A stretch of DNA of 53,322 nt from a bacterium (GCA_030616165.1 JAUWXV010000002.1:1-53322), one strand, 5' to 3'; counted from the first letter of the stretch, positions 9,651 through 19,875 are shown. Numbers and translations are program-made. Notes: generated by a model from the sequence alone, not told the origin.

Positions 9651-9680
9651 GTCATTCCCCCGAGTACTCGGGGGAATGAC
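9651..9680. repeat. Perfect 30-nt palindrome GTCATTCCCCCGAGTACTCGGGGGAATGAC (family B)
   Basis: Read directly from the sequence. It shares the CCCGAGTACTCGGG core with 19853-19875 and 50925-50940, and the GTCATT head with 50914. Confidence 0.85.
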
Positions 9681-9773
9681 AACTCTTGCTAATGCTTTTT
9701 TTGATTATTTCTAATAAAGTATTTTTATGAAACCCTATTAAATAGAAGAGGATTTCACGAAGTTCGTAAGTTA

Positions 9774-9797
9774 TCCCGAGTATTAGGGGGAATCCAG
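9774..9797. repeat. Degenerate family B copy (CCCGAGTATTAGGGGGAATCC)
   Basis: It resembles the 9651 element, but the palindrome is broken. Confidence 0.5.
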
Positions 9798-9838
9798 TAA
9801 TATTTAGTGGCTGAACAACAAGTGTAATTATAATTTTT

Positions 9839-12800
9839 TCAATTTATGTTTTGTAATTTCAAGATTTCTTCAATAGTTTTTTCTACTCTCTCAATATCGG
9901 TTTGATTATCTGAACGCTTAATAAATTCCTTCAGTGATGAAATTGCGTTTTCGATCATACCCCTATTGTAATATAATAATCCCATAGACCAATATGGCAT
10001 AGTGAGAGTAGTATCAACTTCCAATGATTTTTTATAGAAGTCAAGTGCCTCATCGAGCCTGCCAATGCCTTCATAAATGGCTCCTAAATTTAAATATGCA
10101 AGTCCGTGATTTGGATAAAGTCGAATAGCCTGTCTGAGTTGAAAAATAGCCTCATCAATCATCTCTAATTTATAAAATGTAAAAGATGAATTGAACCTCA
10201 ATTCAGGATTGTTTGGGTCAAGTTTCAACGCTTCTCTATACTCTACTAATGCCTCTTTAAGTAAATTTACCGTAGCATAGCAATTAGCAAGACCTTGACG
10301 AAAATTCGCATTTTTTGGCTTTAATCTGACTGCTTCTTTAAACTCTTCCAAAGCCTTATCTATTTCATTATTTCCTAAATAAGCATTAGCAAGACCATAT
10401 CTTATATCTGCATTTTTTGAGTTTAATTTTTTTGCCTCTTCAAATTCTCTCAGAGCACTTAGATTCATACCACTATCGTTGAGGAAATAACCAATTCTGA
10501 AGCGGAGTTCACTGCTTTTAGGGTCAATGGCAATAGCCTTATTAAACATACTCAGGGCTTTATCCTTTTCCCCCAACTGCATATAAACTACTCCAAGTCC
10601 AATATATGGGTCTGAATCATTTGGATCAAGCTTCATAGCTTTCTCAAGATAATATATAGAATTCTCCAATTTATTTTCTTTTAAATAGTATAACGCCATC
10701 TCAGAGTAATTTGTAGGATTCAATGAATCTGCTTCAATCTTTTTCTTCAAGTTTATCTCTTCTTTTTCAATTTCCTCTAATAAATATTTGGCATTAAGGT
10801 CATCTGGATTAATCTTTAGAGCCTCATAATATATTTGACTTCTCATTTCGGGGATTCCTTCTCTGTCTGCTAAATGACCCACTATAACATGGTTAGAAGC
10901 TTCAGAATATTTTTCAAGTTCAGCCCTTATTCTATTTTTATCGTCTTCATCACTGCCTGCATTAATAAGATAAGGGAAAATAATCTTTCTAAATTTTAAA
11001 ATTTCAGAGATATTCTCCATTTCGTTTTCTATCCTGTCTGTCAGCAGGATGTCCTTTGAAAATTCGAGTAAGGGTTTATTATCAGTATTCATAGTGGCAT
11101 ATCTTGCCAATACTTTAATATCTTCTTCATTAAGTAGAAATCCATCAAGAAGAGCAACAGGATTGCTAAGATTGACTTCGCCAAGGTCTTCTTTTATTTT
11201 TTCATCGCCCATCATCTCAACAAAATGATTATAATCTAACCCGAGTCTATTTTTCATACCAATAAGGATTCCATGTTTATTGGTTGAATAACTTACATTC
11301 CAGAAATATGAATATGGAAAAACAGACTGAAAAGTTTTTAAAATCATCCTAAAGTCATTAGTGGCAAGGTGAAGGGGGACCCATGTCGAAACAACGCCAT
11401 TCTCATTTAATTTTCTACTTAAAGTAAGAAAATGGTCTTTTGTATATAGAGAAGCACAAGTACCCACAGTTGGATATGCCGAATAATTTATTATTACGTC
11501 GTATTTTTCATTTGTAAGAATGGCATAACTTTTACCATCCATTATTATAGGATTCAGTCTTTTATCTTTTATAACATCTTTATTCACATCAGAAAAATAT
11601 ATTTCAGCAGTTTTCAAGATATCCTCAGAGAGTTCTACCATATCAAGTCTGTCGACATTATGGAGTAAAACTGCATTGGACGTTTCACCATTTCCAAATC
11701 CAATCTGCATGACTTTTTTGGCATTCCCATGGATTAAAAGAGGAAGATGACCCTGGAGTTTTTGAGTAGTCCGAAGCATAAATTCTGTTCCTGCCACATT
11801 AGTCCCATCAATTGCAACACGATTCCCCTCGAAATAATATTCCGGATACGTGTGAAAAGTCACCGTTCCAGAAATTCCCTCTTTAAAATAGATTAATTCA
11901 CTTCCCTCTTCGAATCTATTTAAAAGTGGCAAAAATTTATCCTTTTTAATATAAAATGGCTGAATGACAATCAATACTAATAATATTGCTGTTATGGGAA
12001 CTTTAATTTGTAATTTGATGGTGGGAATGAGATAAAATACAGTTGTGCCAATTATAATATTTATAAAGGCGATAAACATTATTCCTTTTGGTATTCCAAG
12101 GAATGGAACAATTATAAATCCTGCAACAATCAGACCCAATAATGAACCTATTATATTAAACGAATAAACCTTACCAATAGAACTTCCCACCTTTTTAATG
12201 TTACCAGTCCAGACTTTTCCAACTATGGGGAAAACAGAGCCCATTAATAGCGTTGGTATAAATAATATAAATCCAGTTTCAACAAACCTTATTAAATTCC
12301 ATTTATACCATCCTTCCTCGCCAAACACATCAGCAAGTTTATTGTGAATATCTAAAAAATCACTTAAAAGATATACGGTTCCTAAAGCGACAAAACCAAT
12401 TAAGACTTCAATGAGTGAAAATAATTTTATTCCATCAAATCGGTCGGAGAGTTTACCACCAATATATCCACCCAGAGCGAGTCCAAATAAAAATGTGGTC
12501 AGCATTATAGTGAAAGTATAAACAGATGCTGTAATAATATAAATAAGAATCCTCGTCCATAAAACTCCATAAGCAAGTGCACAGAAACCGGATAGTGCAA
12601 ATCCATACAATACTACTTTTTCAATAGTTCTGGTATGCTCTATATTTTTAGTTTCAAGATTTTTTAACTCTGAAGTCGCGATAACTTCTTCTTTTAGGGC
12701 AGATTCTTCTATTGCTTCTTTCCTGCTCATTATCCATATAGAAATCCCTATCAAAACATTAATAACGGCAAATAAGTAAACCGATGCATTTACCCCAAAA

Positions 12801-13339
12801 GTGCTAATCATATAAAATCCAGCAAGAAAGCACCCGATTACCGCCCCGAAAGTATTTATACTATAAAGAACTCCTACTTTGCTTCCCAGGTCTGTTTTCT
12901 TTCTTATAAAATATTTACTTAATACAGGAAGAGTTCCTCCCATCATTGCCGTCGGAATAAGCATTATTAAAAATGAAATAAAAAATCCCGCAAAGCTCAA
13001 TATAAAGTAATTTAATCCAAATATGTCATATTTTAGAGAATAAAAATAATTCGATAAGTGAATGAAAAGTGGAATCAAAAAAGCAATAATACCAATACCT
13101 ATTTCGAGTGCGGCGAAGAATTTAATGGGGTTCTCCTTTTTGTCAATCAATTTACCAAAATAATAACTTCCCAGGGCAAGCCCCGCCATAAAAGCCGATA
13201 AAACAGTGCATACTGCAAGAGTTGTATTGCCAAGAAAATGGGTAAACATTCTTGTCCATATAACGGCATAAACGAGACATGCTGCACCCGATATAAAGAA
13301 AAAAACAAAAATAAATCCTCTTATTCTCTTGTTCCTCAT
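9839..13339 (-). CDS. Fusion protein: polytopic membrane (MFS-like) domain, spermidine-synthase-like Rossmann domain and C-terminal TPR repeats
   Basis: About 14 hydrophobic helices occupy the first 470 aa or so. The middle has a methyltransferase-fold string (VMQIGFGNGETSNAVL ... YDVIINYSAYP). The last 350 aa or so are TPR-like repeats (e.g. AYLNLGAIYEGIGRLDEALDFYKKSLEVD). AGGAG SD upstream. Confidence 0.7.
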   Translation of the reverse strand: MRNKRIRGFIFVFFFISGAACLVYAVIWTRMFTHFLGNTTLAVCTVLSAFMAGLALGSYYFGKLIDKKENPIKFFAALEIGIGIIAFLIPLFIHLSNYFYSLKYDIFGLNYFILSFAGFFISFLIMLIPTAMMGGTLPVLSKYFIRKKTDLGSKVGVLYSINTFGAVIGCFLAGFYMISTFGVNASVYLFAVINVLIGISIWIMSRKEAIEESALKEEVIATSELKNLETKNIEHTRTIEKVVLYGFALSGFCALAYGVLWTRILIYIITASVYTFTIMLTTFLFGLALGGYIGGKLSDRFDGIKLFSLIEVLIGFVALGTVYLLSDFLDIHNKLADVFGEEGWYKWNLIRFVETGFILFIPTLLMGSVFPIVGKVWTGNIKKVGSSIGKVYSFNIIGSLLGLIVAGFIIVPFLGIPKGIMFIAFINIIIGTTVFYLIPTIKLQIKVPITAILLVLIVIQPFYIKKDKFLPLLNRFEEGSELIYFKEGISGTVTFHTYPEYYFEGNRVAIDGTNVAGTEFMLRTTQKLQGHLPLLIHGNAKKVMQIGFGNGETSNAVLLHNVDRLDMVELSEDILKTAEIYFSDVNKDVIKDKRLNPIIMDGKSYAILTNEKYDVIINYSAYPTVGTCASLYTKDHFLTLSRKLNENGVVSTWVPLHLATNDFRMILKTFQSVFPYSYFWNVSYSTNKHGILIGMKNRLGLDYNHFVEMMGDEKIKEDLGEVNLSNPVALLDGFLLNEEDIKVLARYATMNTDNKPLLEFSKDILLTDRIENEMENISEILKFRKIIFPYLINAGSDEDDKNRIRAELEKYSEASNHVIVGHLADREGIPEMRSQIYYEALKINPDDLNAKYLLEEIEKEEINLKKKIEADSLNPTNYSEMALYYLKENKLENSIYYLEKAMKLDPNDSDPYIGLGVVYMQLGEKDKALSMFNKAIAIDPKSSELRFRIGYFLNDSGMNLSALREFEEAKKLNSKNADIRYGLANAYLGNNEIDKALEEFKEAVRLKPKNANFRQGLANCYATVNLLKEALVEYREALKLDPNNPELRFNSSFTFYKLEMIDEAIFQLRQAIRLYPNHGLAYLNLGAIYEGIGRLDEALDFYKKSLEVDTTLTMPYWSMGLLYYNRGMIENAISSLKEFIKRSDNQTDIERVEKTIEEILKLQNIN

Positions 13340-13421
13340 TAAATTGCTCCTAATCTTTTATAAAAATTTTTAGATATGCAACTTTTCCTGTAAAAAAATT
13401 CACATAAAAAACTTTAAATTA

Positions 13422-13802
13422 TTATTTTAAAGCAGCAATAACATCAATTTCAACCTTAATTCCAAATGGAAGTGCTGAAACCTCAACAGTAGTCCTGGCT
13501 GGTTTCCCTTCTGAAAAATATTCGCTGTAAACTTCATTCATTTCTTTAAAGTCATCCATATTTGTTAAAAATACAGAAGATTTTACTACATCCCTCATAG
13601 TCAGTCCAGTAGATTTTAATATTTCGGCAATATTTTCCAACGTTCTTATTGTCTGGCTCTTAACATCGCCCAGTTCAAACTGATTAGTTGCAGGATTAAT
13701 AGGACCCTGACCCGAAACAAAAACAAACCCATTTGCAGCGACAGCCTGAGAATATGGACCTTTTGGTTCTGGTGCTGAATCAGTCTTTATTATTTCCCTC
13801 AT
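13422..13802 (-). CDS. ridA: RidA/YjgF-family reactive-intermediate deaminase
   Basis: 126 aa. Contains PYSQAVAANGFVFVSGQGP, QTIRTLENIAEILKSTG and PARTTVEVSALPFGIKVEIDVIA. GGAGG SD upstream. Confidence 0.9.
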   Translation of the reverse strand: MREIIKTDSAPEPKGPYSQAVAANGFVFVSGQGPINPATNQFELGDVKSQTIRTLENIAEILKSTGLTMRDVVKSSVFLTNMDDFKEMNEVYSEYFSEGKPARTTVEVSALPFGIKVEIDVIAALK

Positions 13803-13850
13803 TTCAATTATCCTCCAATTTAATATACAAATTTGTTTTCATATTAATTA

Positions 13851-15188
13851 TTAAATTTTTTTTGACCAGTAATAATAAGCAGGGAGACCGGATAATATTA
13901 TAAAAATAAGTAGAAAGGCATTTTTGGGTTCCGTCATAAATGTATTCACAAATGCGTTAATAACGAAAGCCACTATCACCACAATAAAAATTATCGGAGC
14001 CACTGGATATCCCCATACTTTATAAGGTCTTTTAATTTCTGGATATTTTTTCCTTAATACGAATACAGAACCCACAGTTAGAGCATAAAAAATAGCAGAT
14101 GCAGATATAACAAAGGTAAATAAACCACTGTATGTTCCAATAATCAGGGTAAGAATTGCTGCCCAAATCCCTTGAATTAAAACTGAAACATGAGGAGATT
14201 TAAATTTCGGATGAACCTTTGCTACTTTGCTGAAAAATAACTTATCCCTTGCCATTGCAAAAAATACCCTTGGTCCCGAGACCATATTTGTATGTGCAGC
14301 TCCAAACATAGATATCAAAATCGCTACTGAGATCAACAATCCGCCAATTACACCTGCAAAACGTTCTGTTGCATCGGCAGCAACAAAATCAGAACTTGCT
14401 ATCTCATTTACAGGTATATAATAAATATATAAAATATTTGCCAAAAGGTAAATGAAAATTATTATAAAAATTCCTATAATCAAAGAAAGAGGAAGATTTT
14501 TTCGTGGATTTTTTATTTCACCTCCAATAAAACAAACTAAGTGCCAGCCTTCGTAAGCCCATAAAGTTCCTATCATAGCCACACCAATTATACTTAAATA
14601 TTTAAAAGAAAATTCAGATGGGAAAAAGGGATGCATATTATTAAAGTCTCCTTTGCCTGCTGCAAAACCGAAAAAAATCATCCCAATAAGTGCACCGACT
14701 TTTAAAAAGGTAAAAATATTCTGAACTGTCGCATTAAACCGAATTCCTCTGTAATTAATAATGGTTAAAATTCCCACACAGGAGACCGCAATTACCTTTT
14801 CCGAGATTATGCCAACAGGGAAAAGATACTTTGAGTACATCGAAAATGCCACGGCAAGCGTAGCAATAGAGCCGGCATTCATCACCCAGAAGGATGTCCA
14901 GCCATAAAAAAAACTTAAGAAATTTCCATAAGCCTCTCTGAGATATACATACTGACCACCGGTAAAAGGCATCATTGCACCAAGTTCAGCATAGGAAAGT
15001 CCCCCAAAAAAAGCAATAATCCCTGAGGCTATCCAGATTAATAACATCATACCGGGTTGATGGATACTCTGTGCAACAGAACTCGGAACAAGAAAAATAC
15101 CTGAACCTATAACCGAGCCGACTACCAGTGCTGCACCATCAATAAGATACAATTCCCTCTTTAAACCATCAGGTCGTTCCTTTATCAT
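13851..15188 (-). CDS. APC-superfamily amino acid permease
   Basis: About 12 TM helices, with N-terminal LIDGAALVVGSVIGSGIFLVPS typical of APC transporters. Confidence 0.8.
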   Translation of the reverse strand: MIKERPDGLKRELYLIDGAALVVGSVIGSGIFLVPSSVAQSIHQPGMMLLIWIASGIIAFFGGLSYAELGAMMPFTGGQYVYLREAYGNFLSFFYGWTSFWVMNAGSIATLAVAFSMYSKYLFPVGIISEKVIAVSCVGILTIINYRGIRFNATVQNIFTFLKVGALIGMIFFGFAAGKGDFNNMHPFFPSEFSFKYLSIIGVAMIGTLWAYEGWHLVCFIGGEIKNPRKNLPLSLIIGIFIIIFIYLLANILYIYYIPVNEIASSDFVAADATERFAGVIGGLLISVAILISMFGAAHTNMVSGPRVFFAMARDKLFFSKVAKVHPKFKSPHVSVLIQGIWAAILTLIIGTYSGLFTFVISASAIFYALTVGSVFVLRKKYPEIKRPYKVWGYPVAPIIFIVVIVAFVINAFVNTFMTEPKNAFLLIFIILSGLPAYYYWSKKI

Positions 15189-15381
15189 ATTTCTACTCTT
15201 TTGTTCGATAAAATCCTATCTCAATTTTCGGGCAATTATCAATTCTTAAAGAATTAATTTTAATAATATATTCAATTGGAAAGGTTGAATAAGGTAAGTT
15301 ATCAAAAAATTGTTAAAAAAATCTATAATAAAATAAAAGAATGATTTTTCCAACTGCCATATTTAACAAATACATTCTGTT

Positions 15382-15960
15382 TTATCTTTGTGAGAGAATT
15401 CTTTTTATGTCTATTAATTCATTCCGTATACTCTCAAGTATTGATACAAAATCAGTTTCTTTTTCCCCAACCAATTCGGAACTAATTTTTAATTTAACTT
15501 TATCAGTTAACGCAGCAGCGAATTTTTGAAAATCGATTATACCTCTAATAATCCCTTCTGCAGTCATCTGACCTGAATAACCTGCAGTATGGACTAAAAT
15601 TTTCCCCAATCCAAAACTCCTTTCAATTGGCCCTTGATGAATCTCTACATTCTGAACCTTCTCGAATGGTATGGTAGATAGTCTTTTCCAGAATACACCT
15701 TTTTGGATTCTAATAAAATCATCTGAAACCATATACTTTATACTCTTGAAATAACTAGATATCCACAACCAAATAAGAACTGCAGTTGGGATTTCAACTA
15801 TCGAAATCAATATAACTGCAATCAATAAACCTTTCTCCGTGGTAACTGCATAAAAAATAAGAAGGATTACTACTAAGAGTATATACAGAATAAAAAAACA
15901 TAATCCCCAAATTGTCTGCCACACTGTTTTTAACTTCGCATCAGGATAATATTCTTCCAT
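15382..15960 (-). CDS. Membrane protein with a bacterial PH (bPH2/YdbS-like) domain
   Basis: Two N-terminal TM helices are followed by IRIQKGVFWKRLSTIPFEKVQNVEIHQGPIERSFGLGKILVHTAG. Strong AAAGGAGGAG SD upstream. Confidence 0.65.
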   Translation of the reverse strand: MEEYYPDAKLKTVWQTIWGLCFFILYILLVVILLIFYAVTTEKGLLIAVILISIVEIPTAVLIWLWISSYFKSIKYMVSDDFIRIQKGVFWKRLSTIPFEKVQNVEIHQGPIERSFGLGKILVHTAGYSGQMTAEGIIRGIIDFQKFAAALTDKVKLKISSELVGEKETDFVSILESIRNELIDIKRILSQR

Positions 15961-16140
15961 TCTCCTCCTTTTTATCGGTTTTATTTAGATTAAAATAATC
16001 TGATAAAACATTAATAAAATTTACAATTTTATATATTGTTGTAACTTTTTAAAAAAAGTTTCTTTAAAAACTTTATAATATTCCTAAATGGTTGCGAAAA
16101 ATGAATTAGAAAAGATTTATAAATTATCATAATTTATGAA

Positions 16141-18279
16141 CTATTCCACTGGTACACACTTAATTAAGAGATGACCTTCAAACATAGTTGATATAACAGC
16201 ATCAGTACCTTCTACTTTTCCTAATAATTTGTCATTCTCATAATCGTAAACATCATATGTTTTATTTTTAAGACCGCGGAGATTAAGTTCACCATCCCAA
16301 GATGCTGCAAAGAATCCATAATACATCATATCACCCTTTTTGACAGCATGACCTTCTGGTTTATCGTATCCTATATCATAAAGATTTTCATATTCACCTT
16401 TGCTTATCATCTCACTTGTATATATGTCAACATATTTCTTCCAATACTTTTCTTTTTCAGGGTCAAGCAGTGGACTCCTGCCTCTTCTGGATTCTGGGGA
16501 GGTAGGCCAGGTAAATTTAGATCCTATTACCCCACCAATCCCAATAGTAGAAGCGAAGTCGTTTCTTCCGGTACTGAGTTCCACATGGTCGCCATAATAT
16601 GGAGTATCCGGTCCCATCAGAGCCTTAAAGACTTTGCCTCTATGTCTGATTTGCCACGAACTTCTTGCGTCAGATGAAACTGGCTGGTCGTTGCTCCTCA
16701 TATTAAAGAACGACGCCATTGCTCCGCAGGGACAGAGTTCTACTACACAGTCTTGTTTGATTGATTTTGCCTTTTCAAAAATCTTTCTGAAAACTTCGGC
16801 GGTCTTTTCACAAGATTCATAAGGAGATTTGTGATTATGTGCAGGATTGTAACATGGAGGAACGAGATTTAAACACTGACCATCAATTTTTAATCCATCA
16901 AAATCCCAATCTTCAATAAATCTCCTCACAAGTTCGACTTGATACTCCTGTACTTCTGGTACTGCCGGACATAGATAAAACGATTTCCACCATGATATCC
17001 CGCACTTATTTCCATCTTTATCAAGGACAAACCAGTCGGGATGCTCTTTTTCGATATCACTTCCCGGGTGAGCATCCAGGGGAACGTACCAAAGTTTGGA
17101 TTTCATACCCATTTCTTTTAATGTTTTTGTAAAGGATTTTATATCCTCTTCCCCATTTGGAAATTTGGATTTTATGAGGAACCAATCTCCATTTTTAGTC
17201 TGCCAGCCGTCATCGAGTACAGCCCATTTGAAACCTAATTCTCTTGCTTTTGGCAGTGCTCCATATACTTGCTCTGTTTCAAATTGTCTGCCATATCCCC
17301 ATGCACACCATATTGGTTCATACGCTCCTTCAGAAAATTTATCAAATGTTAATCCCTGTTTCTGCATGATGGAAGAATAAATGCTCAACCCATTATAAAA
17401 ATCACCGCTGTGAACCAAAACCATAGTCCTGATTGAGTGATACTCTCCTTGAGGAGGTATTAAATTATTTTCGGGATTCAATACAACACCAATCATAACA
17501 TTCTTATCTGGCTGAACCACAACAGGAAGGTTTACTGGCTTAAAAACAGGTTCAATATGGGCGACAGCCATTCCCATAGTTTTATTCCACAAATCGCTAA
17601 CAGGTGTTCCTCCCCCATAATCTCTTGCATTCATCCCTTGATAATTTTCCTGGGAAAAATTGTCCTTTATCGGAAGAATCCAATCAGGCCTTCTCGAATA
17701 TGACCCGCCTTGAAATGACCAGAAATCGTATGAACTTGAAGCATCACCCGCTAAGTTTGAATTTAGATGATAAGTTTCACTATAAACATTATCAATTTTA
17801 AGTTCTCTTGATGAATCGAGATTCTTATAAACTGCGAAAGTAATTGCTATGTTCGGATAATCATTAAAAAGTTTTATAGTTAAAGTCTTTTCAATCTTTA
17901 TACCTTCCGGACCTTCAGATATTCCATTGATAATAAGTTGTTTTCCAACTCCGAATTCCTCCTTTATATCAGAAAATTTCAGATTGCTGTAATCTACATC
18001 AAAATCCTTTATATCCTGCCCATTAACTTTGATATAGTGTGAAGGAAATGAAAGATTCACCCCACGGACAGCATTATTTATCGACAATTCCTTATTATCC
18101 AGTTTATAAAAAACTTTACAATACATCTTGTCATCAAACTTGAGTTCAATTTCTGTGTTTTTAAACCAGATATCTCCGCCTTCTTTGGAATAAAATTTTA
18201 TCTGGTTATCAGATATAACACAGTTGAAAAATAAAAGTGTGAGAAGTATTAAAAACATGCTTGAGTGTAATTTTTTCAT
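16141..18279 (-). CDS. Alpha-galactosidase-like glycoside hydrolase (clan GH-D, GH27/GH36-like), probable lipoprotein
   Basis: FKWAVLDDGWQTKNGDW and DFDGLKIDGQ resemble the DDGW and K-x-D nucleophile motifs of melibiases. The signal/lipobox is LLTLLFFNC. AGGAGGG SD upstream. Confidence 0.6.
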   Translation of the reverse strand: MKKLHSSMFLILLTLLFFNCVISDNQIKFYSKEGGDIWFKNTEIELKFDDKMYCKVFYKLDNKELSINNAVRGVNLSFPSHYIKVNGQDIKDFDVDYSNLKFSDIKEEFGVGKQLIINGISEGPEGIKIEKTLTIKLFNDYPNIAITFAVYKNLDSSRELKIDNVYSETYHLNSNLAGDASSSYDFWSFQGGSYSRRPDWILPIKDNFSQENYQGMNARDYGGGTPVSDLWNKTMGMAVAHIEPVFKPVNLPVVVQPDKNVMIGVVLNPENNLIPPQGEYHSIRTMVLVHSGDFYNGLSIYSSIMQKQGLTFDKFSEGAYEPIWCAWGYGRQFETEQVYGALPKARELGFKWAVLDDGWQTKNGDWFLIKSKFPNGEEDIKSFTKTLKEMGMKSKLWYVPLDAHPGSDIEKEHPDWFVLDKDGNKCGISWWKSFYLCPAVPEVQEYQVELVRRFIEDWDFDGLKIDGQCLNLVPPCYNPAHNHKSPYESCEKTAEVFRKIFEKAKSIKQDCVVELCPCGAMASFFNMRSNDQPVSSDARSSWQIRHRGKVFKALMGPDTPYYGDHVELSTGRNDFASTIGIGGVIGSKFTWPTSPESRRGRSPLLDPEKEKYWKKYVDIYTSEMISKGEYENLYDIGYDKPEGHAVKKGDMMYYGFFAASWDGELNLRGLKNKTYDVYDYENDKLLGKVEGTDAVISTMFEGHLLIKCVPVE

Positions 18280-18501
18280 CAGTTTCCCTCCTGATTTTAT
18301 TATTAATAATCAATTGTAATTAATTTTTCTAACCTGAATAATATATAAATATTTATTTTTGTGGTTTATAACTTATATAAATACAAACAATTTAATTATT
18401 ATAAAAACGAAAAGGTTTTATTAATATAAATTTGGCAAATATTTAAATTTGCAATTTTTTCGTTAATAAAGATGTTTAAAAAACCTTAAATTTATTCAAT
18501 T

Positions 18502-18933
18502 TCATTCACCCATTACCTGGATGCAAAAAGTTCTTTCCAGAGGGCCGTCAAATTCGAGGAAATATATGGTCTGGCGGGAGCCTTTAACTATTTTTTTGTT
18601 TTCAATAGGGAAAAATGTATTTATTCCACCGAGGATACTTTTAATATGAGTATCGGCATTAAAGGCAATTCTTCCATCGATATCCAGATATCTCATATGC
18701 CTGTAATCTCCATCCTCGGGGACGAGTTTTTCTAAATGATTGAGAATATCGGTTTCCAAACAGGGAAGTCCCTCGGTCACTATCAGGCCAGATGAGGTAT
18801 GTGTGGTAAAAATAAATACTATTCCGTTAGTGACTCCGCTCTTTTCCACGACATCTTCAACAATTGGAGTAACATTTATAGCCTCTACATCCTTTTTAGA
18901 TTTAATAGGGATTTTTTCTAACTTTATAATCAT
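18502..18933 (-). CDS. yjbQ: YjbQ/UPF0047-family protein (secondary thiamine-phosphate synthase family)
   Basis: Contains FTTHTSSGLIVTEG, NADTHIKSILGG and RQTIYFLEFDGPLERT. The ATG at 18933 has GGAG 6 nt upstream. The ORF-track start at 18945 is a TTG. Confidence 0.8.
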   Translation of the reverse strand: MIIKLEKIPIKSKKDVEAINVTPIVEDVVEKSGVTNGIVFIFTTHTSSGLIVTEGLPCLETDILNHLEKLVPEDGDYRHMRYLDIDGRIAFNADTHIKSILGGINTFFPIENKKIVKGSRQTIYFLEFDGPLERTFCIQVMGE

Positions 18934-18950
18934 TTTTATCTCCAATATAA

Positions 18951-19793
18951 TTAAATATTTAACAACTTTTCTGCGTTTTCTTTAAAGATTAACTCAAGGC
19001 ATCCTTCAGAAAGCCCCAGACTTCTTATGGCATTTGCCATATTTTTTATTTCTACTCTGGGATAATTTGAACCAAACACTATCTTATCTCTCAGACTTCT
19101 TTCAATGAGGGTAACAGGGATTTGACGATTCATAACAAAATGGATGAACTCTTTTGGGCTGTCAAAAAATAAAGCGGATGTATCAATATAGATGTTTTTA
19201 TACTTCAGGGAGAGGGCAGCAGTTTCGACAACCCAGGGCCAACCAAAGTGTGCAATGACAATATTAAGGTTTGGAAAATCATAAGCAACCTCTTCTAAAA
19301 GCATCGGGTAACCAGGCGCAATCTTTGTTCCGGGCTCCCAACTCATTCCCATATGAAATAAAATCGGCAAATTTAGACTCGATGCCTTTTCATAAACCGG
19401 ATAGGCGTACTCTTTATCGGTTGGGGAAAAATCTTGTGTAGCAGGAGAAAGTTTCAAACCTTTAAGGTTCCATTTTTTTACATCTTCCTCAAGATTTTTT
19501 GGTGCATCTTTATCGATTGGGTCAACACTTGCAAATCCCATAAAACGGCTATTTTCTTTACATAGTTTCCCGATTATTTCATTTGTTAAGATTGGCAGAC
19601 CTTTGCTTCTCCTGCAATCAATTGGGAGTAATACAGCCTTTTCAATTCCCGAAACATCCATCTCTAAAAAAAATATATCTAATGGTTGAAGGTTGTTACC
19701 AATATCGAATATCTTTCTTGTAACTTTAAGCAGTTCTGGGTCGTCTCCAATGATTTCACGAACCAATAATGGATGGGTATGAAAATCTATCAC
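18951..19793 (-). CDS. Amidohydrolase-2-type metal-dependent TIM-barrel hydrolase
   Basis: Contains IDFHTHP at the N-terminus, then HFGWPW and YIDTS. The GTG at 19793 is preceded by AAAGGAG with a 7-nt spacer. The 29 extra codons in the ORF track run through repeat elements. Confidence 0.7.
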   Translation of the reverse strand: MIDFHTHPLLVREIIGDDPELLKVTRKIFDIGNNLQPLDIFFLEMDVSGIEKAVLLPIDCRRSKGLPILTNEIIGKLCKENSRFMGFASVDPIDKDAPKNLEEDVKKWNLKGLKLSPATQDFSPTDKEYAYPVYEKASSLNLPILFHMGMSWEPGTKIAPGYPMLLEEVAYDFPNLNIVIAHFGWPWVVETAALSLKYKNIYIDTSALFFDSPKEFIHFVMNRQIPVTLIERSLRDKIVFGSNYPRVEIKNMANAIRSLGLSEGCLELIFKENAEKLLNI

Positions 19794-19831
19794 TATTTTT
19801 CTCCTTTTATTAAATTTTGACTTTCCTTTTG

Positions 19832-19875
19832 CTTTCTTTGAAAAGAAAGTAGGCTCCCCGAGTACTCGGGGGAGC
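19832..19875. repeat. Juxtaposed family C (CTTTCTTTGAAAAGAAAGTAGG) and family B (GCTCCCCGAGTACTCGGGGGAGC) palindromes
   Basis: 19832-19853 equals the reverse complement of 30147-30168. 19853-19875 carries the CCCGAGTACTCGGG core. Confidence 0.85.

Noticed and set aside
15341-15529. A 62-aa plus-strand ORF overlapping the end of the bPH-domain gene.
   Set aside because: It overlaps a better-supported minus-strand gene, has no SD, and has a low-complexity hydrophobic sequence.
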